Source of the DNA: Amoebidium appalachense
Lineage: Eukaryota > Protista > Ichthyosporea
Length of the DNA stretch: 64,000 bases
Direction of reading: 5' to 3'
Assembly: GCA_963693365.1 (NCBI GenBank)
Contig: CAVNZM010000016.1
Location: 708,595 to 772,594, forward strand
Of this stretch, positions 23,140 to 48,377 are shown piece after piece; the first letter of the stretch is position 1; the number at the start of each line of letters is the position of its first letter. The translations under genes and the position numbers were made by a program. Under the pieces are notes generated by a model that saw only the letters and a list, made by a program, of their open reading frames with translations, was not told where the DNA came from and ran no database searches.

Positions 23140-24127
23140 ATCGGCGCCGGCGATCCGCTGACGGAAACCAAACGAGCGATTATGAGATCGGAGAAACACC
23201 CGTCATCCTGTCGCAAAAGTTTTCCACCTCGACCAATCATTATTCAGCATTGGACCAAACCGCCGCCGCGTCCCATTCATCGGAGGTCACGTCTCCCAAG
23301 ACGCTGCAGCGAATCGCGCGCGCCACCACCACACCAAATGGGGAAATTACGTCTAGTGTTACCTTTAATATCACCGTTATTGTAGCTTATGAAGATAGCG
23401 CATCTGCTCGTAGGAGGAGGCGTGATGTGACACATCAGATTGAAAGGCAACAGCAGGGAGGGGAGGATGGGTTTGGCCAGAAACAGCAGGATGAAACAAA
23501 GGTGTGTTGCTTGATAAACCCCCGTTTTTTGGAATTTAGAGTGTGTTGCTTAGAACGCGCCCCCCTGGAATATAGAGTGTGTTGCATTGACCTCCCCCCC
23601 CCCCCCCCCCCCCCTTTTCCGAAAAAAAAGAAAAGAAAAGAAAAGAAAAGAAAAGGAAAAAAAAAGGCAAAAAAAAAAAAAAGTTTAAAGGTGTGTTGCA
23701 TGGAACGTCCTCCCACCCCTGTAAGAATTGAAAATGTTTTACATAGACCCCCCTTCTGAAAAGGTTTAACGTGTTTTGGATAGACTCCTAAATCTGCCCC
23801 TTTTGGTTCCATGTGACTGTCTACGACTGAGTTATTGAGACTGGCACAGCCACAAGACACTAATAATAATAGTAATAATACAGGGGGAACCCCTCTAATA
23901 ATAATATTATGTAATAATAATAATAATATTAATATCCTGCCCCATTGCCATATTTAGGTAGGCGCTAACGTAGTACCATCATATTAGTGCAATCACAAAT
24001 ACACACTATCACATATGGTCACGCACCAACACATTGTCAAACACATACTTCCTTATATAATGTCGTGCGGCAACACAAACATAACGATACATATTCATTC
24101 ACCAACACTCCCCTCTCCCTCTCCCCC

Positions 24128-24158
<31 letters not shown>

Positions 24159-24460
24159 GCTCCCCTCAGGTTGCCACGCAAGTAGGAATCCGTCACCTCG
24201 CCGGTCCACCACTGAGCCAAACCCCCGCCACCTGCGTCCAAATTTCCACCGATTCCAACGAAAATTTGATCGTAATCGCACTTGTTGTGGCCGGGCTACT
24301 TCTACTTTTGGGCACGTGTGGGTGTAGTGCAACGTGGGGTGTGGTGGCGTACAAACTGCACAAATTGAAAAAACTGACTGAAAAAACCCGGAGAATAGAT
24401 GGGAGCGCTAGTTTTGATGCGGGGTCTAACGCAAGGCTGGGGGGACATGAAATGCGTTAA
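23140..24460 (+). pseudogene. Orphan 3' fragment (last two exons) of a paralog of the ZP-like membrane protein
   Basis: Exons 23140-23501 and 24170-24460 are homologous to 7612-7260 and 6828-6559, with the same intron position, furin sites, TM helix and 3'UTR similarity. No upstream exons found in the window. Confidence 0.85.
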
Positions 24461-24464
24461 TCCC

Positions 24465-24495
<31 letters not shown>

Positions 24496-26244
24496 AAAAA
24501 AGAAAAAAAAAAAGACCATACAAACATCAAAAAACACTGTGCAAATTTGGATGGATGTTACTGGAGATTTTCGGACAGATAGTAAGCATGGTGTGCCGTG
24601 GTGTGTGGACATGCAATAGGATGCTGTCCGATAATATCCGATAATTGAATATAGTAAGCTTTTCAGTAAGAGAAAATGCGAGATATGCAGAAGATTGCGG
24701 CCTAATTTCGGGAATTCTTGGGCCAGGCCTAGTCCAGTAGGAGGAGTTTTAAAAGTTGTGGGGTTATAACTCGTTGGTTTTACCATATTGTACATATATG
24801 CGCAGGTAGATACTGAAAATACGTTGCGGCATATTTTTTTTAAGGTTGCTTTCAAGTCAGTTGTAAGAAGAAGAGAGTGAAGCAGGGCGGGACCCTGTTA
24901 GTAGCCGCTGTGTTTTTAATCATACAGTTGTGTGAGGACTTTAAAACTTTAAAATACAAGCTTTATCTGAAGCTTAATGCAGAAAACCAGCACCCTGGCA
25001 CAGCCTCCTCCCCCCCCCTCCCCCCCCCCCCGGCTCTCTTCCTCCCCCCCCCCCCCCCCCCCAAAAAAAAAAAAAAAAAAAAAAACATTTTCAGCTTAGT
25101 AATAAATTTCTAATACTTTCTAGGCTAATAGGCTACATGTCAATGTTAATGGGCACCTGCTTCGTTTTCAATAATCCATTGGCAAAGTTTTTTCAACGGT
25201 AGGCATCATAGCCATGTTATGTCGACTATCATGAAGTAGCACCGGTCCCCCTTCCCGGGGATCAAATGATTCAGTGATTGTCTCGGTTCCCCTCGCACAA
25301 GCGGCCTGAATTTCCTGGGGATTCTCCTCAAATTCAGAGGCTCGGGAAGTTGGGCACGTTCAAGTATTTGGCTTTTCGGCTAATGCTCATGTGCACGAGC
25401 TATCCAATCCTGTCCCCTCTTGCCCTCCGCTTTCCCTCCTATTAATGTTTCTCCTCTCTCCCCCGCACTTCCATCTGCCCCTCCACAATCCGATTGAACC
25501 AACTTCGACAAATCCATAACATCTCTTCTCACCTCTCATAGTATCTCCGCCACTCTGCTCTCTCACTCTTCTCCGTCACCTCAATGCCCATCGTCAACGA
25601 GCTTATCCCCTCCCTGAACTCCATGATATTTTCGGTCTCGCCCTCTCCCCTATCCCTCCCTCCACCTACAAATTCTCCCCTTCTCTCCCCTCTGATCTCA
25701 TTCGTGATCTCTCCCTTGCTCTCCCATAATAAATCTCTTGACTCCTAGGGCCTAGCCATCGCTCCACCCCATTTCCACCGCTACTTTAACTCTCTCTCGA
25801 ACGTTAACACCCAATAATTGAATATCTATACATCAGTCTAAGTACTTCTGCCTCAGTCCCCCCCCCCCCCCTCCCTCTCTCTCGGTCCCTTACCCTCCCT
25901 CCCTCTCCCCCCCCCCCCCCCTCCCCCCGCCGACCCCCCCCCCCCCCCCTTTTTTTTTTTTCTTTCCTTTTTTTCTCTTTCTTTCTCCCCTCCCCTCCCC
26001 CCACCCCCCCCCCCCCCTCCTCCTCCTCCTTCCTCTCTCCCCATCTCTCAGCTGTGCATCTATCGGCCTCTCCCTCACCACAACCCTCCCCCCCCCCCCC
26101 CCCCCACCCCCTTCCTGCCACACCCCCCTTCCATGCAGTCCTCCCCCCTCCCCCCCCCCCCTCTCCCCTTGTCTACCTTCTTCTCTTCCCCCCCCCCCCC
26201 CACCCCACCACTACCACCACCCTCACTTTCTCTCCCCCTGTGCA

Positions 26245-26290
<46 letters not shown>

Positions 26291-26759
26291 GGCCCGGCCG
26301 GCCGGCCGACCATGTACCACAGGCACTCTTGGTTCACACACGGTCCGCACACTGAACAGAGACCAGCCTCTCTGCCACCAGTAGTCTAAGGGAAAGGGTT
26401 CGGCCACTCTCCCTAATATTGCTTCCCCCCACGGACAGCATACATTATTGAGACGTGTCCTCTGATGGTCCCAATCAACGATCACTTCCAATTCCTACTA
26501 CGGGCCCATTGAAATCTCCTTACCTCGATCACACTCTTTCAACCCCCCCCCCCCCCCTCTCCCTCTATGATCCTGCCCCCCCGCCCTCTCCCCTATGCAT
26601 CCCTTAAACGTGTTTTTCCTAAACACCCCCCCCCCCCTCTTTCTCTCCCCTCCCCCCCCCCCCCCCCCCCCCCCTCCCCCCCTCCCCTCCCCCCCCCCCC
26701 TCCCGGAGCTCCTTCTTCTTTCCTCTCCCGCACCTGCCTCTTATACTGTCTTATGTATG

Positions 26760-28505
26760 CGGCTTCCATTTGCGCGCGCCTCTTACGATCTCATTTCCTA
26801 CCCTGCTGCAAGAACGTAAAGTGTCTGCTAAGAACACGCCACACGCTATCATGTACGCATCTGATTCAGCAAGGCAAGAGAGTTCCTCGCAAAGTTGGAA
26901 ACCGATGCTACGAGCGTGATAGACACGGACACGAAGGAACCGATGTTTTCTGGTGAGAAACTACTCGAGCGCAAACGCCGATGCGAGATGGAAATCGAGC
27001 TCTTCTGCGAACTGTTCGCGCTGGCGGAAGGTCGTGCATACGACCCCGTAAGCGACAAGTGGGAACCAACCCCACAGGCGTCGGACCAAACCGATGCCTG
27101 ATTTATCCTTCTTCTTCTGGAATGCTCGGACACTGGGCCCCCAAAAGGGCCTCCCCCCCGGGACACTCGACGATAAAATCAGCTACATCATGACAACAGC
27201 AGACAAACAACCACACATTTACAGTGATTTCCGAAACACAGTTTAACAAACCACCACAAATTCAACTCTACATTGGTCGACACATCCACGCACCCCGGTT
27301 ATGCGAAAACCCGAGGCAATATTGTACTTGCCGTGCTACACGTGAGAGCGAAGTGCAAACCGGTAACAAAAACGGAATTCTCGGTTTCTATAGAGTTTCT
27401 TTCTAATGTCTTTACTTTTGTATATTACCCACCATCTATGTCGGTTGCCGAATGGACTCACGAGTTGTCACAGTTAGTACCATTGGCCACTGTTATTTTA
27501 TATATAGGTGATTTTAACACGCGACTCCACCACACTCAGACACACTGCAAGTAGTGTCGGGTACCCATCTAAGCCCCCGGAGTGCGCTACCCTTTTAGCA
27601 AGGTATGTCCAAAGTTACACTTTGCGGTTCCCTCAAATATCCCGTGCCCACAACACCGACTGGGGAGTGGCCTTTTGGCCATCAACCATGTCAAAACCCT
27701 CTCTCCCTCTTAACCTCTCTAGGTCATCTGACCAATCTCCTATCCTTTTCCTACCTAAGATCTCCCTTGATCTGCTCCCTCCTCCTTCTCCTACCTTTCG
27801 CCTCCGCCTATTCCAGCTCAAGTCACAGTGGGGTAGAGTTGATGTATGTCGAAACACCCTACATATATGTGCCTATTAGAATCTGCATAAGCCAGACCAG
27901 ATTCACATCTCGTACTAGATACATGCACTAGCTTTATTGTTGATGATTTAATAGATCTCGGTGATTATGCTGGTGGTGGTAGGAAGGAATATCCCGATGC
28001 TCTCTTGTTACCAAACACTCTCCCGCGCTAGACTAGGTGAGCCCCTGTTTCAAAAGGAAAGTTTGCGCCGGCTTGCTAGTATGAATCGATTTGGCCTTCC
28101 TGCTCGTATTATTGGTGATTCTACTGGAGACCCTCTCATAGACTCTGATAAGTATTTCTCGGAACCGTTAAAGATAGGACCCCCGCTCAGAAGCCGATTG
28201 TGTGGCTGTAGACCCATCTAATAGTATCCCCATAGAATCGATCCTCCCCTTTTTCAGTCCCGATACCTTTTGGTGTGTGATATCTAGTTATAGCTAGTAA
28301 GTCGTGTGGGCCTGATGGACTTCCTGCTGGGTTCTTAAAATCCTTGTTCCCCCCTACCCACAAAAGGAAAGTGATCGTGCTATTAAACCTGATCTTACTA
28401 TTATGTTAAGCTCTCTCTTTTCTTGGTGTGTTAAATGTGGCCAGTTAGTTCTCTATGGCTGATCATTCGTAATTACTCTCACTGTCTCTCCCCCATCTCT
28501 CTCCA
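26760..28505 (+). mobile_element. Degenerate LINE, 5' half: Cys/His-containing ORF1 tail, APE endonuclease, start of RT
   Basis: FFWNART, VISETQ, VYYPPS, IGDFNTR and SSDQSPI (APE motifs); KSCGPDGLPAGFLKSLF at ~28300; CLSPISL at ~28480-28503; many stops and frameshifts. 5' boundary uncertain. Confidence 0.85.
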
Positions 28506-28991
28506 GAGGCTCCATTAAGGCACTTTAACGAATTTTTTGAGGCAAATTTTACCTTTACTAAGTAAAATTGTATAGCGTTATGCAGGTTTGAGCATAACGT
28601 TATGCACGTTTCCAAAAATTAAAAATGTAATAACTTGGGAACCGTTCAACCAAAATGCACCAAGTTTTCACAGTTAGTGTGTTGTTACACCCCCTGCACA
28701 CGTACACTGAGATACCAGCAAAACAGTTTGATCTGCTCAAGCGATAACGAAAAAAGATGAAAAAACTTTTTAAAAACTTTAGGTCAAATTTTTCGGTAAA
28801 ATCCCTTGTGACAGAATAATAATTATATCCAGGCCGGGTCACGTCTCTCCTGCAGCTGTATGTATCAATAATAAAGGTTATTCTCCAGGGCTGAATAGTG
28901 TTCCCGAAATCCTCGGCCCCACCTCTTTATTTGGCTTCCACCGGGTCTCGGTCCCCTCGGCCCGGCGCCCCCCCCCCTCCCCCCCCCCCTA

Positions 28992-29058
28992 AATGATCAT
29001 GATTATCATATCGATGATTTCCTTCCTTTCTACACTGAAGCTTGTGACTAGCCAGACT

Positions 29059-29131
<73 letters not shown>

Positions 29132-29196
29132 GCATGTGTGTGTGTGTGTGTGTCACGGTGTGTGTGTGTGTGTGTGTGTGTCACGGTGTGTGTCAC

Positions 29197-29250
<54 letters not shown>

Positions 29251-29442
29251 AAGTGTGTGTGTGTGTGTGTGTGCGTGTGTGTGTGTGTGTACGTGTGTCA
29301 CAGTGTGTGTGTGTGCGTGTGCGTGGATCCGGACTAAATATTCCCTAAACAAGGAAGGATGTTTACTAGGACCGGGCCTACGACTGTCACAAGCTTCAGT
29401 GTAGAAAGGAAGGAAACCATCGATATGATAATCATGATCATT
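28992..29442. mobile_element. Foldback/MITE-like element: 57-bp inverted repeats around a (GT)n core
   Basis: 28992-29048 is the reverse complement of 29386-29442 with 1 mismatch. Confidence 0.75.
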
Positions 29443-29642
29443 CTCGCTGTTCTACTTCAGAATGTCAGACAATAGCTCTAGCTAGTCGTTCTGTTTGTCA
29501 ATGTATTGTAGTGCGGAGTGTTTGAATGCATATGATTGTTTCAGTTGTGTTGCTTTGAAAATCTGGGAAACGGTTAAACCACGGAACTTTCATCCCAGTT
29601 CAAGTTCAACATTCACAGTCGGAAATGGCATCGTTGTCTGCT

Positions 29643-29790
<148 letters not shown>

Positions 29791-29796
29791 TGCCAC

Positions 29797-29841
<45 letters not shown>

Positions 29842-31538
29842 AAAGTCACGGATCGAGCAGGTGCAGTGACCACAATGGCCTGACTCTGTTTGAATTATTC
29901 GAAGCACCACATGCGAGGTGAGGCACCGCGGTATTTCCCCATTTATTCGCACAGATGTAACAGGGGCATTACTAAGTCACTTGTTACGTAGCCTGTATAT
30001 ATATATGTCATGCGTAGATTTGAAATTTCATGATTACAATTGTAATAGAACTGCCTACGATAGCGTGACTTAAACCTGTGGTCATCCAGTAGGCTGATGT
30101 GTCGTTGGAAAAGTCGGAGCCGAAAAGGGTCCTCGCGCGGCCACAGAACGGTTTAGCCTCGGTCAGACCCCACACAGCTCAATTGAGGGGGGTTTTTCAG
30201 CGTAAGGAGGGTGCCGTCACGGAGGGATTGGCCCGGCACTGCCAGGGGCTAAGTTCTGGCGTTAAGGTGAGTGTGGTACGTGGTTGCTAGCTAGGCTTAA
30301 AGGAGACCCGGTAGGCGTAGGCCCCGCGGCTGTGCTTGTGTTATTTCCCATACCGGTTTGTGTGCTAAGTTAAACGGGCTTCAGTCTCCACGTGCACGTG
30401 ACAAGACTCTTAGAATAACATGTGAAAGATCATTGATTGGCTTTCGACTTCAAATTGTAGTGATTATTAAAGATGACTATACCATGATGAGGAGATTCTT
30501 TGCTCATTCAGGCTAACTTTCGCGAAATGTTCGTGGGATCAACTGCTAGGAGTTTTCAAAGTTTGCCTCCCCTTTGAATTCGTCTTCCTAGTATAATGTT
30601 AGAAAAGCTTGAATTCAACATCGAGAGGGCCTGTCGCAGTAAAACAGTGCTTTAGGAGGCTCCGAGCCACGGCAGCTGCTGCCAGATTAACGGGTGAAAT
30701 GCTTGAAAACAATATTGTATTGTGTAAGAAATGCTGTCAGTACGATGCGCTCAACCAGCTAGCATCACATCCTCATCACGAGGAAGAAGAGACCGAAACA
30801 TGGGCCACAGAAACTAAGAATCGTGCTTGACGTTTTGACCAGAGCTTGGCACTACGCATTGCTCAACAGTTTGCATGCGCCAAGATTGAGCAGTCACTGA
30901 GGACTAGAGTCGTACACAAGCTTACAACAATGTACAATGCTCAAAGCCTTTGGCATGGCACGTCAAACATCATTGCAATGATTACATACACGTTGTCACA
31001 GTGCTGCCTCAAGTGGTGAAAACTGGCGCACTCGCCGAACACGATGGAATGCAATTTAATGACTGACTTTAAAGTATTATAATTGGGTAATCCTTGAGGA
31101 AATAACTGTGGAATGTACAAGGTTGGCAATTGTTATTGTCAACTCGGTGAGTCCCTTAGCTAAGCCCTTTCGGTACCTGATACAAGAAAACCTGAACTTT
31201 AAACTCCCTCAAAAAAGGTTTTTTCACTTTCTATTCCTATTTTGGTCACTCTATTCGAACTATTTTGAACAATCTCTCCTGTTCATTTCTTACTTTCGAA
31301 AAGGAGTTTCCAGTCCGGGCTAACTCTACGTTCGTACCCTGCGAACCAGGGATTGTTACTAAATATAGATTTCTAACGGTTACGTAACAGCTGTGTGTGC
31401 TCACTGCTCAGAACGGTGCTGGTGCCTGGTGCGTGGTGTGTGCACTTGTATTTGTAGTGTGTGCATGTGTGTGTGTGTGTGTTTGTAGATTGGTAGTATT
31501 AGTAGCACTTATCATTGTCCTCTTAGTACACGCGCACC

Positions 31539-36596
<5,058 letters not shown>

Positions 36597-36780
36597 TGAA
36601 CTCAAGGTAATTTAATGTACGTATTGATGAATCTAGTAAAAAGGGATATCGAATGTGATCAATGTATAATCCGGCCTTTTTTTTTATGTTTTGTAAGAAC
36701 ATACTTTTATTTAAGTTACTTCGTATGGTATGTGTGTTTTGTAACTCATTCGCCCTGTTTGGGTGGGTGGGTGTGTGTGT

Positions 36781-36860
<80 letters not shown>

Positions 36861-38105
36861 ATTTTGTATGCAGGCAGAAGGCGGTTCTGGTTGGATAGCC
36901 AAGAACGAAATTTCACACTCCCACGACATTATCGTAACGAATAGGGCAGATAGCTGAGAGAAAGAAAAGTAAATTCTTGCTGCTTCTTGATGCGCCATGG
37001 ATATGGGTGTGCATTCAGAAGTGGTTGCACACACACACACACACGTACATGCGCACATTCGCACAGGCGTACAATGTGCTGCACACACGCTCACCCACTT
37101 ACACGTGCGCACACTTAGCATAATAATACCGTAGCACCCTAGCTAGAGTACTGTCGCTGCTGGGTGAAAGGCGGTAGTTCCCGGGCCCCTGAGGGCCCAA
37201 GAGGTCCCTCCGGGAACAAAACCGGATTAAAAAAAAGATAATAATAATAATAATAAAGCACACTTAGCATACACACAAAGCGCTCGTTCACATACACACA
37301 CCCACTCGCTAATTGATTTCGTTCGGTATCCACATAGAGCCATCAGTGCGTGCATGTGCCCACGCAAATGTGATGAATCCCCTACCTAGTCGGGGTCGGG
37401 GGGGAGGGGGGGGGGGGGGGGGAGGGGGGCACTTCACGGAGAGAGCAGTATTACCGAGTAATTCTAGTTTTTTCTTTAATGTTCTCAGCACATGCACACA
37501 GTACTCTCGTGGTGAGCAACAAGAGTGTCACTATGGCATATACAGTATGATACATACCCAGACCATACAAAATGTATTCTAGCATCATACATCTCTCTAG
37601 TTTGGTACACCGTTATCATGTATACAACCCAACAAAAGCAGGAAAAACGAAAGTTTTCTGGTTGTCGTGCATGTGTAATGTCTCAAAAAGCCCAGTTTAC
37701 ACACCGTCGACGGTCATGATAAGAAAATGAAACAAGAAAATCAGGGGGAAAAAACAAAAAAAACAAAAAAAAACAAAAAACAATAAAACCAAAAAGGGTC
37801 AAAACTCAGATGCATCTTCACAACGACCGGGTCGCCTACATCCAGTGTAGGTCAAAGCACTGAGTCATTTCCCTCCAATCAACGACAAGCGACAATTTCA
37901 GTATATTTCAGTTCATATTCATATTCACAATATCCGATTTCGCCATGGCCCACCCAGGGTTCATGACTTTCATCGAATCAAAAAACCCCACTGTACATTT
38001 CCGAAATTCCCATAATCCGACAATCCCACCCAAAGTCCAAAAACGGGAGCCACTGGTGTGGTTGGTTAATTAAATCACAAGTTGCGTGATTTTCTAACCA
38101 ATTAT

Positions 38106-45278
<7,173 letters not shown>

Positions 45279-46772
45279 TCTCAAAAACGATGCATGCACG
45301 ATGTGGATGGTCGGAGATCACACTTTGATATTCCACACCCTAAGTATGCAATTGGCTCTTTACCTATTACATATGATTTCTAACAACGTTCTGCACGCGG
45401 TTGATTGCGTACGGGTTACACACAGTGAACATGAAACACCTAACGTGCCACTGTATAAGGGGCCTTCTGAACAGGTGGTGTTGGTTGCCACGCACTCCAC
45501 AGTGGATACGCGAACCAGATGTTATCACTCGCAAGCAGACAACAAAAACGGAAGGAACATTGGTAAATCAGAAGTTTGGTTAGAGGGGTGTTTTTAACGC
45601 GGCTTTTGAATGCTTGCTCTATTAACCCGCATACGTAAGGTCCTATCCATACAAGAGAAAACTTTACAGCGACCACACACACGTCTGGTCAGACTGAGAA
45701 AACCTCGTGGTGCGCGCACCACTCTTGATGTTGCGCAAGTTTAGCGCAAAGTGAATTCCGATCTGTTTGCGTCATATTTTTTGAACTCCCGAGGTTTTGC
45801 CCGCTTGCCTATATTCCCCACTTTTTTTATTCCGTCCAAGTCATGTGGACAAAGGTTGCGCATGTTTTCATTGCAATGTGCGCGTTCATTGCAATGGCGC
45901 GCACATGGGTGTTGTTTGCCCGACACATGACCAACTTACGGTAACCCCCATGTTACGTGCAGGGATCTGAGGGTCTGTACAAGAGCACCGGGAATGGATT
46001 TCTTTTAGGTTCCTGGAATGTTCCTGTTGCATTTGACTTGGCTAATAAAACGGTGAGGTAGTTACACTCATGTTTTTTTTTCCCGCTTCAAACACTGCTT
46101 ATGCATGGCTTTGTGGGAGTGGATGTGCATGCTTGTAAATCTGTAAGAATGTTTCTGTGTATGTGTGTGTGTGTGTGTGTGTGTTGAGGGGAGGGGAGGG
46201 AGGGAGGGAGGGGGGGGGGGGGGGGAAGGAAGGTTCGGAGGGCGGAGTGGAGGGGGGGGGATGTGTCTCTGTATGGCACTGTACATACAAGGGCTCCGGA
46301 GTTAAGACACCAGAACTACAACGAGTCAAGCAATGATGTGCAAGCAACCGCCTTACTTATAACCACTGTGAACAGCAAGTCCCTTGCCATATGATGCGCA
46401 TAGCCTATGTGCCATTGTTTGCATGTGCAAAAGCTATACAAGTTTTTTTTTTCTGTGCGGGCAGGTTGGCGCCTCAGGGCAGCTTTGGGGGGCTAGGCAT
46501 AGGTGTTTGCAGTGGTGATAGAGTGGGGGGGGGGGGGGGGGGGGGGGGGGACCTCGAGGGTTGGGGTCGGGGGGGGGGGGGGAGAGGGGGGGGGGGGGGG
46601 GGGGGGGGGGACATGGCACGGCAAGGGGCACAGTAGGGGTTGGAGCTCTAGAAACTGGGGGGGAGGGGGGGGGGGGGTTTACTTGACCTTGACCGTTTAA
46701 ACCCTTTTTATTTTAAATGTTTTTTTTTTTTTTTGGGGGGGGGGGGGGGGAGGAGGGAAGAGGGGTGTGTAT

Positions 46773-46831
<59 letters not shown>

Positions 46832-47684
46832 CGACGGGTGCCCCAGAAAAAGGGCTGAAGAGAAAGATTGGCGAGGAGCTGGGGAGGCCCGGGGAGAGGG
46901 GGAGGGGGAGATCCGGAGAAAGAGAGACAGACAGACAGACAGACAATCAGACAGACAGAGAGAAAGAGAGAGAGAGAGGGAGGGAGGGAGGGAGGGAGGG
47001 AGGGAGGGAGGGAGGGAGGGAGAGAGAGGGGGGGGGGGGGGGGGGAGAGAGAGAGAGAGAGAGAGAGGGAGGGTGGGAGGGAGAGAGAGAGATAGAGAGA
47101 CTGAGAGAACGAGCTAGAGAGAGAGAGGTAGGGGGAGAAAGGCAGGGAGGGTGAGAGCTGATAACACGGGTAAAGAGGGAGGCGGAGGGGGAAAGAGAGA
47201 GGAAGGAAGATAGACGGGGGGTGGGGGTGGGGGGGGGGGGGAGGGGGGTGGAAGAGGGGGGGGGGGGGGAGAAGGGGGGGGGAGGGGGGGGGAGGGTGGG
47301 GTTGGCAGGAGGGGGGAAGATGAGAAAGGGACGGGGAGAGGGGGAAGGGGAGTTAGCGAGATGAGGACTTATTGGGGGAAGGGGGTGGGGGCGGGTGGGG
47401 TAGGGGGGGGAGGGGGGGGGGGGGGGGGGGGGAGCAAGTGTTTATAAGCTGTGCGTGTGCGTGTGTATGTGTTTGCCACGTGTGCATGTGTGCGTGTGTG
47501 CGTGTGTGCGTGTGTGCGTGTGTGCATGTGTGTGCGTGACATGTGCGTGTGTTTTATACGGTGCCAGCTGGTAACTTCCGAAGGGAAGTGAGTTCAAGTG
47601 ACCCTAAAAATGCGGCATATAAAAAATTTTCCCGCCAAAACTTATCATTTGTGATTTCATTGGCTTATAGCGCATGACATTAAA

Positions 47685-47771
47685 CCAATCAACAATCCGG
47701 GTGAAACGGATTGTTGATTGGCTGTTGGCACCTTTTCAAGAAAGGTGTAAAAGTGATGTCGCAGTTCGACA
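47685..47771. promoter_or_regulatory. Palindrome cluster with inverted CCAAT boxes upstream of the ankyrin gene's 5'UTR exon
   Basis: CCAATCAACAATCCG-7nt-CGGATTGTTGATTGG, then CACCTTT/AAAGGTG and ATGTCG/CGACAT; donor CAG|GTAAGT at ~47809. Confidence 0.5.
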
Positions 47772-48377
47772 TTGCCGCAACGCGATAAGAAAACAAACTA
47801 TTTAGCAGGTAAGTACAAGCATTGCTGACACATTTAGCTTATATTGTTAATATTTTTCTTATTTTAACTGTTGTGCTTGACTGCTCTTTTTTTCAGCAAG
47901 CACACCTTTGCTTTGTGCACGTCTAGACCGAGATATCGAAGCATGTGAACAACTATCCCGGGGCCTCTAGAATCTAGATCCCCCCCTTTTGGGTATTTCA
48001 CAGCACAGTGTATTTATACAGCAAAGAAATCTTAATGATCTGCATATCTGTGTGCCTTTTTTGTCCTGTTTTCTACCCTCTACGCATTATGTTATTGTTT
48101 TTTTTTGGAATTATCTACTTGCTCGATCTATGCATATTTCATCCAAGTATAACTTTATAAGTTTATTCGTGTAGCAATCTTTAAAAGCCCCAAAACAGGG
48201 AGATTTTTATAAGGTGATAAGTATGCCCAATCATTTCCCATGCATGCAGATTGCTCTGCAGCGAGCTGAGCTGGCGTAGCTGGCGTACAAAAGAAAAGGC
48301 GCTCTTTCCAAGTTATGTTTCTGTATGGGGCAAAACATATATTCGTAGTCAGTAAATCACCTAAACTTGACAGGAAA

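Noticed and set aside
30006-30401. Possible solo LTR (TGTCA...TGACA)
   Set aside because: No TSD and no second copy in the window.
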